Shown here: positions 8,437 to 18,836 of the stretch, piece after piece
Position numbering within the stretch: the first letter of the stretch is position 1
Layout: the number at the start of each line of letters is the position of its first letter
Assembly (NCBI GenBank): GCA_021163425.1
Contig: JAGGWS010000067.1
Span: 1 to 61,633 of the forward strand
Source of the DNA: Candidatus Omnitrophota bacterium
Lineage (GTDB): Bacteria > Omnitrophota > Gorgyraeia > Duberdicusellales > Duberdicusellaceae
Length of the DNA stretch: 61,633 nt
Direction: 5' to 3'
Notes under the pieces: generated by a model
Told to the model about the DNA's origin: nothing
The model's database searches: none
What the model saw: the letters and a program-made list of their open reading frames with translations, nothing else
Made by a program: the position numbers and the translations under genes

Positions 8437-9246
8437 TTATTTAAGTTCTTCTCTTATGGCTTCGCCTAAAAGATTAAACCCTAAAACTGTGATAAGAATA
8501 CATAATCCCGGAAAAAAAGTAATCCACCAAGCTACTCCTAAAGTAGACTTTGCTTCCATTAAAATATTACCCCAGGAAGGTGTGGGAGGCTGAACCCCCA
8601 AGCCTAAAAAACTTAAAGAACTCTCCACCAATATTGCTGAAGCTATACCTAAAGTAGCATTAACCAATACTGGAGACAAGGCATTAGGGATCAAGTGTTT
8701 TAAAATTATGGCAGGAGTAGGTATTTTCAATATTTTCAAGGCTAAAATAAAGTTTTCCTCTTTCAAAGAAAGAATCTCAGCTCTTATTAACCGGGCTGGT
8801 CCCATCCAGCTGGTCAAGCCAATTATTACCATAATAAGATAAATTGAAGGTTTAGCTAAAAGAGCCACTAAACTTAGAATCAAAAAGAAAGAAGGAAAAC
8901 AAAGCATAATATCAGTAAATCTCATAATTACTGCATCTATTATCCCTCCAAAAAAACCAGCTATTGAACCTAAAATTATCCCAATAACTACTGCTATACC
9001 CACAGCTACAAATCCTACAGATAAAGATATCCTTGCTCCATATGCTATCCGGGAAAATAAATCTCTCCCTAAAGAATCCGTGCCTAATAAGTGTTCTGGA
9101 CCGGGAGGTAATAACGCTTCTTCAATATTTAGAGAAATAGGCTCATATTTAGTAATAAAGGGAGCCAATAATGCTAAAGAAGATATAAATAAAACAATCA
9201 ATAAACCTGACAAACCTAACTTATTTTTTAAAATTCTCTTAATCAT
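8437..9246 (-). CDS. Peptide ABC transporter permease (OppC/DppC type)
   Basis: 269 aa polytopic protein. Position and size fit the second permease of an Opp/Dpp operon. Confidence 0.8.
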   Translation of the reverse strand: MIKRILKNKLGLSGLLIVLFISSLALLAPFITKYEPISLNIEEALLPPGPEHLLGTDSLGRDLFSRIAYGARISLSVGFVAVGIAVVIGIILGSIAGFFGGIIDAVIMRFTDIMLCFPSFFLILSLVALLAKPSIYLIMVIIGLTSWMGPARLIRAEILSLKEENFILALKILKIPTPAIILKHLIPNALSPVLVNATLGIASAILVESSLSFLGLGVQPPTPSWGNILMEAKSTLGVAWWITFFPGLCILITVLGFNLLGEAIREELK

Positions 9247-9267
9247 ATCTTTTTACAGCCTGATTTT

Positions 9268-10239
9268 TTACTTACTATATTTAATCCGAGGGTCAGCCCA
9301 GATATAAGCTAAGTCAGCTAAGAAATTTCCTAAAAGAGTAAGAAAAGCTCCAATAACTAAAAGCCCCATAATCAAAGGGTAATCTCTCATCATTACTCCC
9401 TCATAAAAAAGTCTGCCCATGCCAGGGATAGAAAAGATAGTCTCAAAAATAACACTTCCTCCCAAAAGCCCGGGGACAGATAATCCTAAAATAGTAATTA
9501 CCGGAAGAAAGACTGGCTTTAAGGCGTGCTTATAGATTATCTGAGAAGAAGGAAGCCCTTTGGCAAAAGCTGTGCGAATATATTCCTTATCTAAAACTTC
9601 TAAGAATTTCTCCCGGCTATACCGTGATAAACCTGCTAATGACCCAAAACTGGCTACTAAAACTGGAAGGCTTATATGCCATAAAAAATCTAAGACTTTC
9701 TTATACCAGGGAAAATATTCAAAATCTATAGAAGTTATCCCTGAAATGGGAAACCAGCCTAATTTTACTCCTAAAAACTGCATAGATAAAAGAGCTAACC
9801 AGAAAGAAGGCGTAGCAAACCCAATAAAAACAAAAATAGTAGTAAACCTATCAAAGAAACTTCCCTTTCTCCATCCTGAATATAGCCCTAAAGGTATGGC
9901 TGTAAAGAAAATTATCAATAAAGAGAGGATATTTATAGTCAAGGTTACTGGAAGCCTCTCTAAAATTTTAGAGGAAACTTTTCTTCCATCAACTAAAGAG
10001 TAGCCAAAATCAAACTTTAAGATGTTTTTTAGCCAGTTAAAATACTGAATATGGACAGGTTTATCTAAACCATAGAGTTTATTTAACTTTTCTCTTGCCT
10101 CCAGACTTATCTTGGGGTTAAACAGAGAAACACTGACAGGACTCCCCGGAGCAAGGTGAATAACTAAAAAAGAAATAAAACTTATTCCTATTAATAGAGG
10201 GACCATATTTATTAGACGCTTAATTATATATCTGAGCAT
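9268..10239 (-). CDS. Peptide ABC transporter permease (OppB/DppB type)
   Basis: 323 aa. N-terminal MLRYIIKRL...PGSP is typical of OppB/DppB permeases. Confidence 0.8.
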   Translation of the reverse strand: MLRYIIKRLINMVPLLIGISFISFLVIHLAPGSPVSVSLFNPKISLEAREKLNKLYGLDKPVHIQYFNWLKNILKFDFGYSLVDGRKVSSKILERLPVTLTINILSLLIIFFTAIPLGLYSGWRKGSFFDRFTTIFVFIGFATPSFWLALLSMQFLGVKLGWFPISGITSIDFEYFPWYKKVLDFLWHISLPVLVASFGSLAGLSRYSREKFLEVLDKEYIRTAFAKGLPSSQIIYKHALKPVFLPVITILGLSVPGLLGGSVIFETIFSIPGMGRLFYEGVMMRDYPLIMGLLVIGAFLTLLGNFLADLAYIWADPRIKYSK

Positions 10240-11832
10240 TTACCTTCTAAATTCTATTTTGTATCTCTGTTCCTTTAAAGGGACCCACCAATCAATAAAA
10301 TTATACCAATACCCGGCTTTAGCTGGCTTCACCCCCCTAAATCTCTTGTGAAGGCAGGATAAGCTATTAGGGATATATATAAACATATAAGGCTGATCCT
10401 CATAGATAAGCCTGTTTATTCTCTGATAAAGTTGTCTTCTTTTCTGGCGGTCAAAAGTTTTCCGGGCCTCTACTAATAGTTTATCTACCTCAGGATTATT
10501 ATAACCTACAAAATTAAAATCAGAAGGAGAAGTTTTTGAAGAATGGAAAATATCATAAATATCAGGGTCCCGGGATAAGCTCCAGCCTAATAAAACCGTT
10601 TCAAATTTTCTCTTTCTTATAATCTCATCAATAAATACTGACCATTCCACCACTTTAATCTCTACCTTTATCCCGATATTTCTAAGTTGAGCCTGAATGA
10701 TTTCAGCAACTCTCTGTCTTTCTAAATTCCCCTGGTTAGTAATTATAGTAAATTTAAAGGGCTCCCCTTCTCTTTCTAAAAACCCATCGCCATCCTCATC
10801 TTTAAATCCTGCTTGAGAAAGCAAAGTTTTAGCTTTTTCAGGAGAAAATTCCGCTGGTTTAAAGTCTGGGTCATAAGCCCAACTTTCGGGAGTAAAAGGA
10901 CCAGTAGAGACTTTTCCTTCTCCTAAAAGCACAGCTTTGATTATCTCTTCTTTATTTACAGCATAATTTAAAGCTTGCCTTACTTTTTTACCTTTAAACA
11001 GAGGATTGTTTAAATTATAACCTAAATATAAGAAACTATTAGAAGGATAACGGAATTTAATATAGTTTTTCTTAAATTGAGAAGCCTGGCTATGCCTTAA
11101 AAATTGAAGAGGGCTAAGCCCAGCATTATCTACACCTTGGGCTAATACTTCTAAAAATAAGGTAGCGGTATCAGGAATAATTCTGAAAATAACCCTATCT
11201 ATATTAGGTCTTTTTTCAAAATAATCCTCATTAACAACTAATTCAATCTTTTCCTGGGCTATCCATTTTTTAAATTTGTAAGGACCGGTACCAATGGGAC
11301 TCCTGGAAAATTCAGAGTTTAAAAGATTCTCTTCTTTTTCCAAAATATGTTTAGGAATAATACCTATAGTCCAGCTATCTAAACCTGGAGAAAAAGGCTC
11401 TTTATAGGTTATTTTCACAGTGTATCTATCCAAAATTTCTAAATTTTCAATCCTTTCAAAATCTCCGCTGTAAGGAGTAGGGGTATCAGGGTCAATTAAC
11501 TTTTTATAAGTAAACTCTACGTCATAAGCAGAAAACTCTTCTCCATCATGCCAAAGGACCCCCTTTCTTAAATGAAAGATTATGACTTTGCCTTCAACTT
11601 CCTCCTGCCAACTCTGGGCTAAATCTCCTACTAAATTTAGACTCTTATCATATTTAAGAAGCCCATTAAAAATAAAAGAGCATACCTCTGCTGAGGCTGA
11701 ATCAGAAGCCAAGATTGGGATTAAAACTCGAGGAGAAGCAATACTCCCAATAATAATAGCATCTCCCCTATCCTGGGGAAAGACTAAATAAGGAAGAAAA
11801 GAAAAAATGAAGAAGAAAAAAAAATTCTTCAC
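10240..11832 (-). CDS. ABC transporter substrate-binding protein, family 5 (OppA/DppA type)
   Basis: 530 aa, signal peptide, family-5 SBP-like sequence (GTGPYKFKKW). First gene of the opp-like block. Confidence 0.8.
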   Translation of the reverse strand: MKNFFFFFIFSFLPYLVFPQDRGDAIIIGSIASPRVLIPILASDSASAEVCSFIFNGLLKYDKSLNLVGDLAQSWQEEVEGKVIIFHLRKGVLWHDGEEFSAYDVEFTYKKLIDPDTPTPYSGDFERIENLEILDRYTVKITYKEPFSPGLDSWTIGIIPKHILEKEENLLNSEFSRSPIGTGPYKFKKWIAQEKIELVVNEDYFEKRPNIDRVIFRIIPDTATLFLEVLAQGVDNAGLSPLQFLRHSQASQFKKNYIKFRYPSNSFLYLGYNLNNPLFKGKKVRQALNYAVNKEEIIKAVLLGEGKVSTGPFTPESWAYDPDFKPAEFSPEKAKTLLSQAGFKDEDGDGFLEREGEPFKFTIITNQGNLERQRVAEIIQAQLRNIGIKVEIKVVEWSVFIDEIIRKRKFETVLLGWSLSRDPDIYDIFHSSKTSPSDFNFVGYNNPEVDKLLVEARKTFDRQKRRQLYQRINRLIYEDQPYMFIYIPNSLSCLHKRFRGVKPAKAGYWYNFIDWWVPLKEQRYKIEFRR

Positions 11833-11838
11833 TGATTT

Positions 11839-12204
11839 TTATTCTTCAGAAGGTTGAGGATTTTTTCCTTCTGTTTTTTCTTTAACCTGGGGAGATTCTT
11901 TCTTTTGTTCAGGAGAAACTGGTTTTTCTTTGGACTCTGTTATCTTTTCTTCAAACTTCTTTTTTTGAAGTAAAGATTTGCCTCTCTCTTTAGAAAGGAA
12001 AGCTAAACTGGTAGAAGTTATAAAGAAAATAATAGCTAAAGTAGTTGTAGTCTTTACTAAAAAAGAAGAAGTCTTCGTACCAAATAAGGACTCAGCTCCA
12101 GCTAAAGCTTCCACTAAACCTCCGCCTCTTCCTCTCTGAATAAGGATTACTATTATCAAAAGGACGCTCACTATTATATGTAAGGCTAAGACTAAATTAT
12201 ACAT
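11839..12204 (-). CDS. secG: Preprotein translocase subunit SecG with Lys/Glu/Pro-rich C-terminal extension
   Basis: N-terminus MYNLVLALHIIVSVLLIIVILIQRGRGGGL plus a second TM is classic SecG. Conserved tpiA-secG neighbourhood. About 45 aa charged tail. Confidence 0.8.
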   Translation of the reverse strand: MYNLVLALHIIVSVLLIIVILIQRGRGGGLVEALAGAESLFGTKTSSFLVKTTTTLAIIFFITSTSLAFLSKERGKSLLQKKKFEEKITESKEKPVSPEQKKESPQVKEKTEGKNPQPSEE

Positions 12205-12206
12205 TT

Positions 12207-12971
12207 TTAGGCTTTTATAGACTTTTCTACAATTAGAGAAAATGCCTCTAATTTAAGAGAAGCTCCACCCACTAAAGCTCCGTCGATATCTTCTTGAGAG
12301 ATTAAACCTTCTATATTCTCAGGATTCACGCTACCCCCATAAAGAATTAATATATTCTGGGCTAATTCTTTTGAATAGAGCTTTTCTAAAAGTTCTCTTA
12401 TAAACTGGTGAACTTCCTGAGCTTGAGAAGGAGAAGCAACCTTTCCCGTACCAATTGCCCAGACTGGTTCATAGGCTATAATTACCTTTAAAGCTGAATC
12501 TTCAGGTATATCTTTAAAAGCACCTCTTATCTGCTCTTCTATAATCCTGAAGGTGGAGCTTTCCTCTCTCTCCTCTAAAGTCTCTCCTACACAAACTATG
12601 GGAGTTAAGTCAAAAGATAAGGCAGATTTTAATTTTTTATTTACAATCTCATCAGTCTCAGAAAAATACTTCCTTCTTTCGGAATGTCCAATTATCACAA
12701 AACTACACCCTACATCTTTAAGCATCTTTGCAGATATCTCACCAGTAAAAGCACCTTCTTCTTCCCAGAACAAGTTTTGTGCTCCTAATTTTATAGAAGA
12801 TTTCTCAATTATTCTCTTAACTTCACTTAAAGCAGTAAAAGGAGGGAAAATAGCCACACACCCTTGAGAAAAAGGTCTTCCTACCCTCTCTGCCAATCCC
12901 CGGGCTAAACTCTTAGCCTCCTCTATTGTCTTATGCATCTTCCAGTTTCCGGCAATTACCTTTATCCTCAT
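12207..12971 (-). CDS. tpiA: Triosephosphate isomerase
   Basis: AGNWKMH, IIGHSERR, AYEPVWAIGTG. Start moved from 13013 to ATG 12971 (MRIKVIAGNWKMH); the 14-codon extension in the ORF track reads into a repeat element. Confidence 0.92.
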   Translation of the reverse strand: MRIKVIAGNWKMHKTIEEAKSLARGLAERVGRPFSQGCVAIFPPFTALSEVKRIIEKSSIKLGAQNLFWEEEGAFTGEISAKMLKDVGCSFVIIGHSERRKYFSETDEIVNKKLKSALSFDLTPIVCVGETLEEREESSTFRIIEEQIRGAFKDIPEDSALKVIIAYEPVWAIGTGKVASPSQAQEVHQFIRELLEKLYSKELAQNILILYGGSVNPENIEGLISQEDIDGALVGGASLKLEAFSLIVEKSIKA

Positions 12972-12984
12972 CTTTCTAACCTCG

Positions 12985-13104
12985 CACTTTTTATTTTCAA
13001 AACATTTTGTCAAGTTTTCACGTTTTCACATTTACACGTTTTAACGTTCATACGTTTATACGTTTTAACGTGACATTTTCTTTTCAAAAGATTTTGTCAA
13101 GTTA
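12985..13104 (+). repeat. Mosaic repeat locus C (pgk-tpiA intercistronic): palindrome half-unit, 7 octamers, degenerate palindrome
   Basis: TTATTTTCAAAACATTTTGTCAAGTT (about 12990-13015). ACGT at 13020+8k for k=0..6 (the k=1 unit is ACAT). Then AACGTGACATTTTCTTTTCAAAAGATTTTGTCAAGTTA (13067-13104). Confidence 0.85.
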
Positions 13105-14289
13105 GGAAGTTTTATCAGGAATAGCTGAAATACCTGGCAATTCTTTGCCCTCTAAAAACTCTAAAGAGGCTCCTCCACCAGTAGAAACCCAGGAAAGTTT
13201 ATCAGCTACTCCAAATTTCTTGGCTGCACTTGCTGAATCCCCTCCTCCTACTACTACTAAAGCTTCTATTTGGGTTAAAAATTCAGCTATTTCTCTGGTG
13301 CCTTGAGAATATTCAGGGTTTTCAAAAATTCCTAAAGGACCATTCCAGAGAACGGTCTTAGCCTGAGAGATTATTTGTTTATACTTCTCTATAGTTTCAG
13401 GACCAATATCCACACCTTTATATCCTTGAGGAATATCCACAGATTGGCTAAACTTTTTGGTTTGAGGCTTTTCTATATCTTCTACACATAAATGGTCAAG
13501 AGGGAGAAGAATCTCTACCTTTTTTTCTTTTGCCTTTTCAAGAATATCTTTAGCTAACTCTAATTTGTCTTCTTCAACCCGAGAAGCACCTACTTCTATG
13601 CCCTGAGACTTCAAAAAGGTATAAGCCATTGCTCCGCCGATTAGAATCTTATCTACCTTCTCTAACAAATTCTCCACTACCCCTATCTTGTCAGAAACCT
13701 TTGCTCCTCCCAAAATAGCTATAAAAGGTTTCTGGGAAGCTTGAGAAACTTTACTCAAATAATTTATCTCCTTCTCCATTAGAAACCCTATACAAGAAGG
13801 CAGAAACTTAGCAATAATTGTGGTAGAAGCATGGGGTCGGTGGGCTGTTCCAAAAGCATCATTTACATAGATATCAGCTAAACTGGCTAATTCCTGGGCA
13901 AAATTTTCATCACCAGCTTCCTCCTGAGGATAAAACCTTAGATTCTCTAAAAGGATTACCCTTTTATCAGTATTTTCAATAGCTTCTTTTACCTTTTCTC
14001 CTCTACAATCATCCAATTTCTCAACTTCCTCACCTAAAAGTTCTGAAAGCCTCCCTGCCACTGGACCCATCCTTAATTCTTCAACTACTTTTCCTTTAGG
14101 CCTTCCTAAGTGGCTCATTAAGATTAATTTCTTTACACCTTTATCTAAAAGATATTTTATTGTCTCTAAAGCTGAGATTATTCGAGAATCATCTTCAACT
14201 TTACCTTCTTTTAAAGGAACATTAAAATCTGCCCTCATTATAACTCTTTTATCTTTAAAATCAAAATCTCTAACTGTAAGCTTAGCCAT
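13102..14289 (-). CDS. pgk: Phosphoglycerate kinase
   Basis: RADFNVP, GGAKVSDKI, STGGGASLEFLEGK. SD AGGAGGGAGGA. The stop codon lies inside the right arm of a palindromic repeat unit. Confidence 0.95.
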   Translation of the reverse strand: MAKLTVRDFDFKDKRVIMRADFNVPLKEGKVEDDSRIISALETIKYLLDKGVKKLILMSHLGRPKGKVVEELRMGPVAGRLSELLGEEVEKLDDCRGEKVKEAIENTDKRVILLENLRFYPQEEAGDENFAQELASLADIYVNDAFGTAHRPHASTTIIAKFLPSCIGFLMEKEINYLSKVSQASQKPFIAILGGAKVSDKIGVVENLLEKVDKILIGGAMAYTFLKSQGIEVGASRVEEDKLELAKDILEKAKEKKVEILLPLDHLCVEDIEKPQTKKFSQSVDIPQGYKGVDIGPETIEKYKQIISQAKTVLWNGPLGIFENPEYSQGTREIAEFLTQIEALVVVGGGDSASAAKKFGVADKLSWVSTGGGASLEFLEGKELPGISAIPDKTS

Positions 14290-14332
14290 TCCTCCCTCCT
14301 TTTAAGAGCTCTAACTATGAACTATGAATAAT

Positions 14333-15349
<1,017 letters not shown>

Positions 15350-15365
15350 TCACCTCCTACTTTAA

Positions 15366-16367
15366 TTACATTTCTCCTCTTAAAAATTTAGCTGCTACTT
15401 CCGGAGGGGTTCCTACTACATAAAAACCTGAACCCCACTCAAAACCTGCAGTTCTACTCAACTTAGGCATAATCTCGATATGCCAGTGATAACCTAAAGG
15501 CTCCTCACTGTTTACTGGAGAAGTATGGATAATATAATTGTAAGGAGGATTAAACAAAACTTTTCTTATTTTGGAAATTATCTCCTTTAAAATCTTACCT
15601 AAGTAAGGGATTTCCTCATCTTTTATATCCATAAAGTGGGTTCTGTGTTCTTTAGGAAGAATCCAAGTCTCAAAAGAAAACCTGGCCGATAAAGGAGAAA
15701 GAGCAATAAACTTTTCATTTTCAGTTATAATTCTCTCTCTATCATTGGTTAATTCTTGAGAAATTATATCACAAAATATACATCTTTCATGATAACTTAT
15801 ATAACGGGTAGAGCCTCTTATTTCTTCAGAAACATTTTTAGGCACCATCGGTAAAGCTATAAGTTGAGAATGGCCATGTTCTAAAGAAGCTCCTGCAGCT
15901 AATCCCACATTTTTAAAGATTAAGATGTATTTAAACCTTCTGTCTTTAACTAAGTCCTGACTCCGGGAACGATAGGTTTTTATCAGAAATTGCACTTCTT
16001 CGTCTTCTAATTCGTCTAAACCTTTATAATGGTAAGGACTATCAATAATAACTTCGTGGGCTCCAATCCCATTAGACATATCATATAGTCTAAGACCTCT
16101 CTTATCTAAATCTCCCTCAATCCTTAAAGCTGGATATTTATTAGGCACAACCCTTACTTTCCAACCAGGAGTATTGGGCTTGCTTCCATCTAACCTTATA
16201 GCTTCTATTTCGGGAGGAGTTAAATTTTCATTACCATAACAGAAAGGACATCCCTCTTCACCTTTCCATTTATAAGGCTCAATATGGAAATCAGAAGGAC
16301 AAAGGGGAGATTCTACATTTACTATTACCCACCTTCCGGTAATGGGGTCTCTTCTCAATTCCGGCAT
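15366..16367 (-). CDS. GalT-family (HIT superfamily) hexose-1-phosphate nucleotidyltransferase, canonical active site
   Basis: CPFC zinc motif, GAHEVII, active-site HGHSQ (HxHxQ), HWHIEIMP. 333 aa. Confidence 0.8.
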   Translation of the reverse strand: MPELRRDPITGRWVIVNVESPLCPSDFHIEPYKWKGEEGCPFCYGNENLTPPEIEAIRLDGSKPNTPGWKVRVVPNKYPALRIEGDLDKRGLRLYDMSNGIGAHEVIIDSPYHYKGLDELEDEEVQFLIKTYRSRSQDLVKDRRFKYILIFKNVGLAAGASLEHGHSQLIALPMVPKNVSEEIRGSTRYISYHERCIFCDIISQELTNDRERIITENEKFIALSPLSARFSFETWILPKEHRTHFMDIKDEEIPYLGKILKEIISKIRKVLFNPPYNYIIHTSPVNSEEPLGYHWHIEIMPKLSRTAGFEWGSGFYVVGTPPEVAAKFLRGEM

Positions 16368-17386
16368 TATTTATCACCTCTAAGATACTTTGCTGCTTCT
16401 TCCGGAGGAGTAGGGCAAATGTAAAACCCTGTACCCCACTCAAAACCAGCCACCCGGGTAAGCCGGGGAATAATCTCAATATGCCAGTGATAATCTTCCT
16501 CAATAGTAGTCCAATAGCCTCGGTGCTCCCTTCTAAAAGGGGCTGTGTGAATAACATAATTATAAGGGGGGTCATTAAGTAAGTTCTTAATTCTTGAAAG
16601 AATCTCTTTTAAAACTGAGGCTAAATTTTTCTTTTCTTCAGGCGTCAGTTTATAAAAATCCGGAGAGTGTTTTTTGGGAAAAATCCAGACCTCAAAAGGA
16701 AAACGGGGAGCAAAAGGAACAACTGCTAATATCCCATCTCTATCTAAAACAACCCTTTCTCCTAAGTCCAGTTCTTCTCTAATAATATCGCAGAAGACGC
16801 AACGCTCGTGATAATCGTAATACCTTTTTGAACCTTCCAATTCCTCTTTTACTCTCTTTAGATTCACCGGAGTAGCAATTATCTGAGACCGAGAATGTTT
16901 TACCCTGCCTCCTCCGGCCTCCCAACCATAATTTTTAAATATTAAAACATACTTTATCTTATCGTCTTTACTTAAAGAGTTTATCCTCTCTACATAAGCA
17001 GTAAGAACATCTTCAATTTGAGAAACTTCTAAATCACACATATTAGCTATATGTTGAGGAGTTTCTATTACTACCTCGTGAGAACCCCGGGCTCCTATAA
17101 GGTCGTAAAGGCCTATGCCTTTTCTCCATAATTCTGTATCTAACCTTAAAAAAGGAGCAATACTGGAAACAACCCTTACTTTCCAACCCGGCTTATTAGG
17201 AGAACTTCCTTCTTTCCTTATAGCAAAAATCTCTTGAGGGGTATGGTCTTCTTTACCCTCACAAAAAGGGCATTCTCCTTCTACCGGCCCACTCTGGACA
17301 GGTTTAAAATCACAAGGCCGTTTAGCTCTCTCTGTAGAGATTATTACCCATCTACCAATAATTGGGTCTTTTCTTAACTGAGGCAT
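16367..17386 (-). CDS. GalT-family paralogue with His-to-Arg change at the nucleophile position
   Basis: Same fold markers (CPFC, GSHEVVI, HWHIEIIP), but the HxHxQ motif reads KHSRSQ. Shares 1 nt with the downstream paralogue. Confidence 0.75.
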   Translation of the reverse strand: MPQLRKDPIIGRWVIISTERAKRPCDFKPVQSGPVEGECPFCEGKEDHTPQEIFAIRKEGSSPNKPGWKVRVVSSIAPFLRLDTELWRKGIGLYDLIGARGSHEVVIETPQHIANMCDLEVSQIEDVLTAYVERINSLSKDDKIKYVLIFKNYGWEAGGGRVKHSRSQIIATPVNLKRVKEELEGSKRYYDYHERCVFCDIIREELDLGERVVLDRDGILAVVPFAPRFPFEVWIFPKKHSPDFYKLTPEEKKNLASVLKEILSRIKNLLNDPPYNYVIHTAPFRREHRGYWTTIEEDYHWHIEIIPRLTRVAGFEWGTGFYICPTPPEEAAKYLRGDK

Positions 17387-17441
17387 ATCTTAAAAATCAG
17401 GCTAATTTTCTAAATAAGTTGAAAAGATATTATAACAACAA

Positions 17442-18251
17442 TTATTTCTCTTGCAAGAGTTTTATTGCCTTAACCGGACACTTCTCTATAACCTTAACAA
17501 CTTCTTCTGAAGATATACTCTTTAACTTTGAATAATCTATCTTAGCTAATCCTTCTTCCAGATAAAAAGGACTGTTTCTTATAAGCTTAGTACAAAGCCC
17601 ACAACCAATACAGCCTTTAGAACAAACTTTCTTAGTAGAAACTCCTTTTTCTCGGTTATTACAACCCACATAAACCTTATCTTCTTTATCTATCAATTTA
17701 AGCACACCCCGGGGACAAACTTCTACACACTTCCCACAACCAATACATTTCTTATAATCTACATATACCCTCCCTTTCTCTACTTTTAAAGCCTGGGTAG
17801 GGCAAACCTCTACACAATCACCAAAACCTAAACATCCATATCTACAATCAATATTAGCTAAACTTATATTAGCTAAAAAACAAGTTTCTGGGCCCCTATA
17901 TTCAAAAGAAGAGTATTTTTCACCTTCTTCAGCTGAGCATAAAACTACGACTTTTTTAGAAGAAAAACTCCTCTCTTTTATACCTAAGACTTTAGCTAAC
18001 TTTTTATTTACTTCTTCTCCTCCCGGAATACACCCTCCAAAAATATTATTTTCCTTAACTACAGCCTGGGCAAAATCTCTACAACCTTTAAACCCACAAG
18101 CCCCACAATTTATCCCCGGAAGAAGAGATAGAACCTCTTCTACTTTACGGTCTTCTTCTACTTTTAATCTCTTATCTAAAATAGAAAGAATCAAGCCAAA
18201 AACAAAAGCTATACCTCCCAAACTAAATAGAGAAATTAAAATTTTACCCAT
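17442..18251 (-). CDS. rnfB: Rnf complex subunit B (polyferredoxin)
   Basis: N-terminal TM, CGACGFKGC cluster, several CxxCxxCxxxCP 4Fe-4S motifs (CIGCGKCVEVCP). Last gene of rnfCDGEAB. Confidence 0.85.
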   Translation of the reverse strand: MGKILISLFSLGGIAFVFGLILSILDKRLKVEEDRKVEEVLSLLPGINCGACGFKGCRDFAQAVVKENNIFGGCIPGGEEVNKKLAKVLGIKERSFSSKKVVVLCSAEEGEKYSSFEYRGPETCFLANISLANIDCRYGCLGFGDCVEVCPTQALKVEKGRVYVDYKKCIGCGKCVEVCPRGVLKLIDKEDKVYVGCNNREKGVSTKKVCSKGCIGCGLCTKLIRNSPFYLEEGLAKIDYSKLKSISSEEVVKVIEKCPVKAIKLLQEK

Positions 18252-18254
18252 ACC

Positions 18255-18836
18255 TCAAGAACTGATTAAGCCGGAAAATCCCATAAAAGCTAAAGCTAAT
18301 ATTCCTGCGGTTATCAGAGTAATACTTGCTCCTTTCAGAATCTGGGGAATATCTGAAAATTTAAGTTCTTCTCTAATACCAGCCATCATCACTAAAACTA
18401 AACTAAAACCTAAACCAGAAGAAAAACCAAAAACCACACTCTGAATAAAATTATAATCTCTTATTACCATAAACAAAACTAAACCTAAAATTGCACAATT
18501 AGTAGTAATCAAAGGAAGGTATATCCCTAAAGACTGATACAAAGAAGGTGAATATTTTCTTATAAACATCTCCACTATCTGAACTAAAGAAGCTATAACT
18601 AAGATAAAAACCACATATTCTAAAATAAGAAGACCAAACTTGACTAAGATAAGATGGTAGAATATCCAACAAATAGAAGAAGCCAAACTCATCACAAAGG
18701 TAACAGCTAAACCCATACCCACTGCCTGCTCATAAGAAGAAGATACCCCCAAGAAAGGACAGATTCCCAAAAAGTAAGTAAGAACAAAATTGTTAACTAA
18801 TACTGCACTCAAAAAAATTAAAAACAAATCTCTCAT
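18255..18836 (-). CDS. rnfA: Rnf complex subunit A
   Basis: MRDLFLIFLSAVLVNNFVLTYFLGICPFLG is typical RnfA. Start moved to ATG 18836, which forms an ATGA overlap with the rnfE stop; the 29-codon extension in the ORF track overlaps rnfE. Confidence 0.88.
   Translation of the reverse strand: MRDLFLIFLSAVLVNNFVLTYFLGICPFLGVSSSYEQAVGMGLAVTFVMSLASSICWIFYHLILVKFGLLILEYVVFILVIASLVQIVEMFIRKYSPSLYQSLGIYLPLITTNCAILGLVLFMVIRDYNFIQSVVFGFSSGLGFSLVLVMMAGIREELKFSDIPQILKGASITLITAGILALAFMGFSGLISS

Noticed and set aside
9560-10003. 147-aa plus-strand ORF inside the oppB-like permease gene, plus similar antisense ORFs at 5025-5231, 6223-6456, 7445-7660, 9080-9307, 11582-11791, 12553-12867, 14586-14768, 16594-16782, 20320-20661, 22635-22928, 25080-25292, 34019-34216, 37137-37352, 37876-38103, 41073-41258, 48552-48791, 52223-52420, 53991-54188 and 59261-59458
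   Set aside because: All lie antisense within well-supported conserved genes. They have low-complexity K/S/L/F-rich translations and no SD or promoter context.
16291-16575. 94-aa same-strand ORF overlapping the junction of the two GalT-like genes
   Set aside because: It lies out of frame within two conserved CDS and shows no family resemblance.
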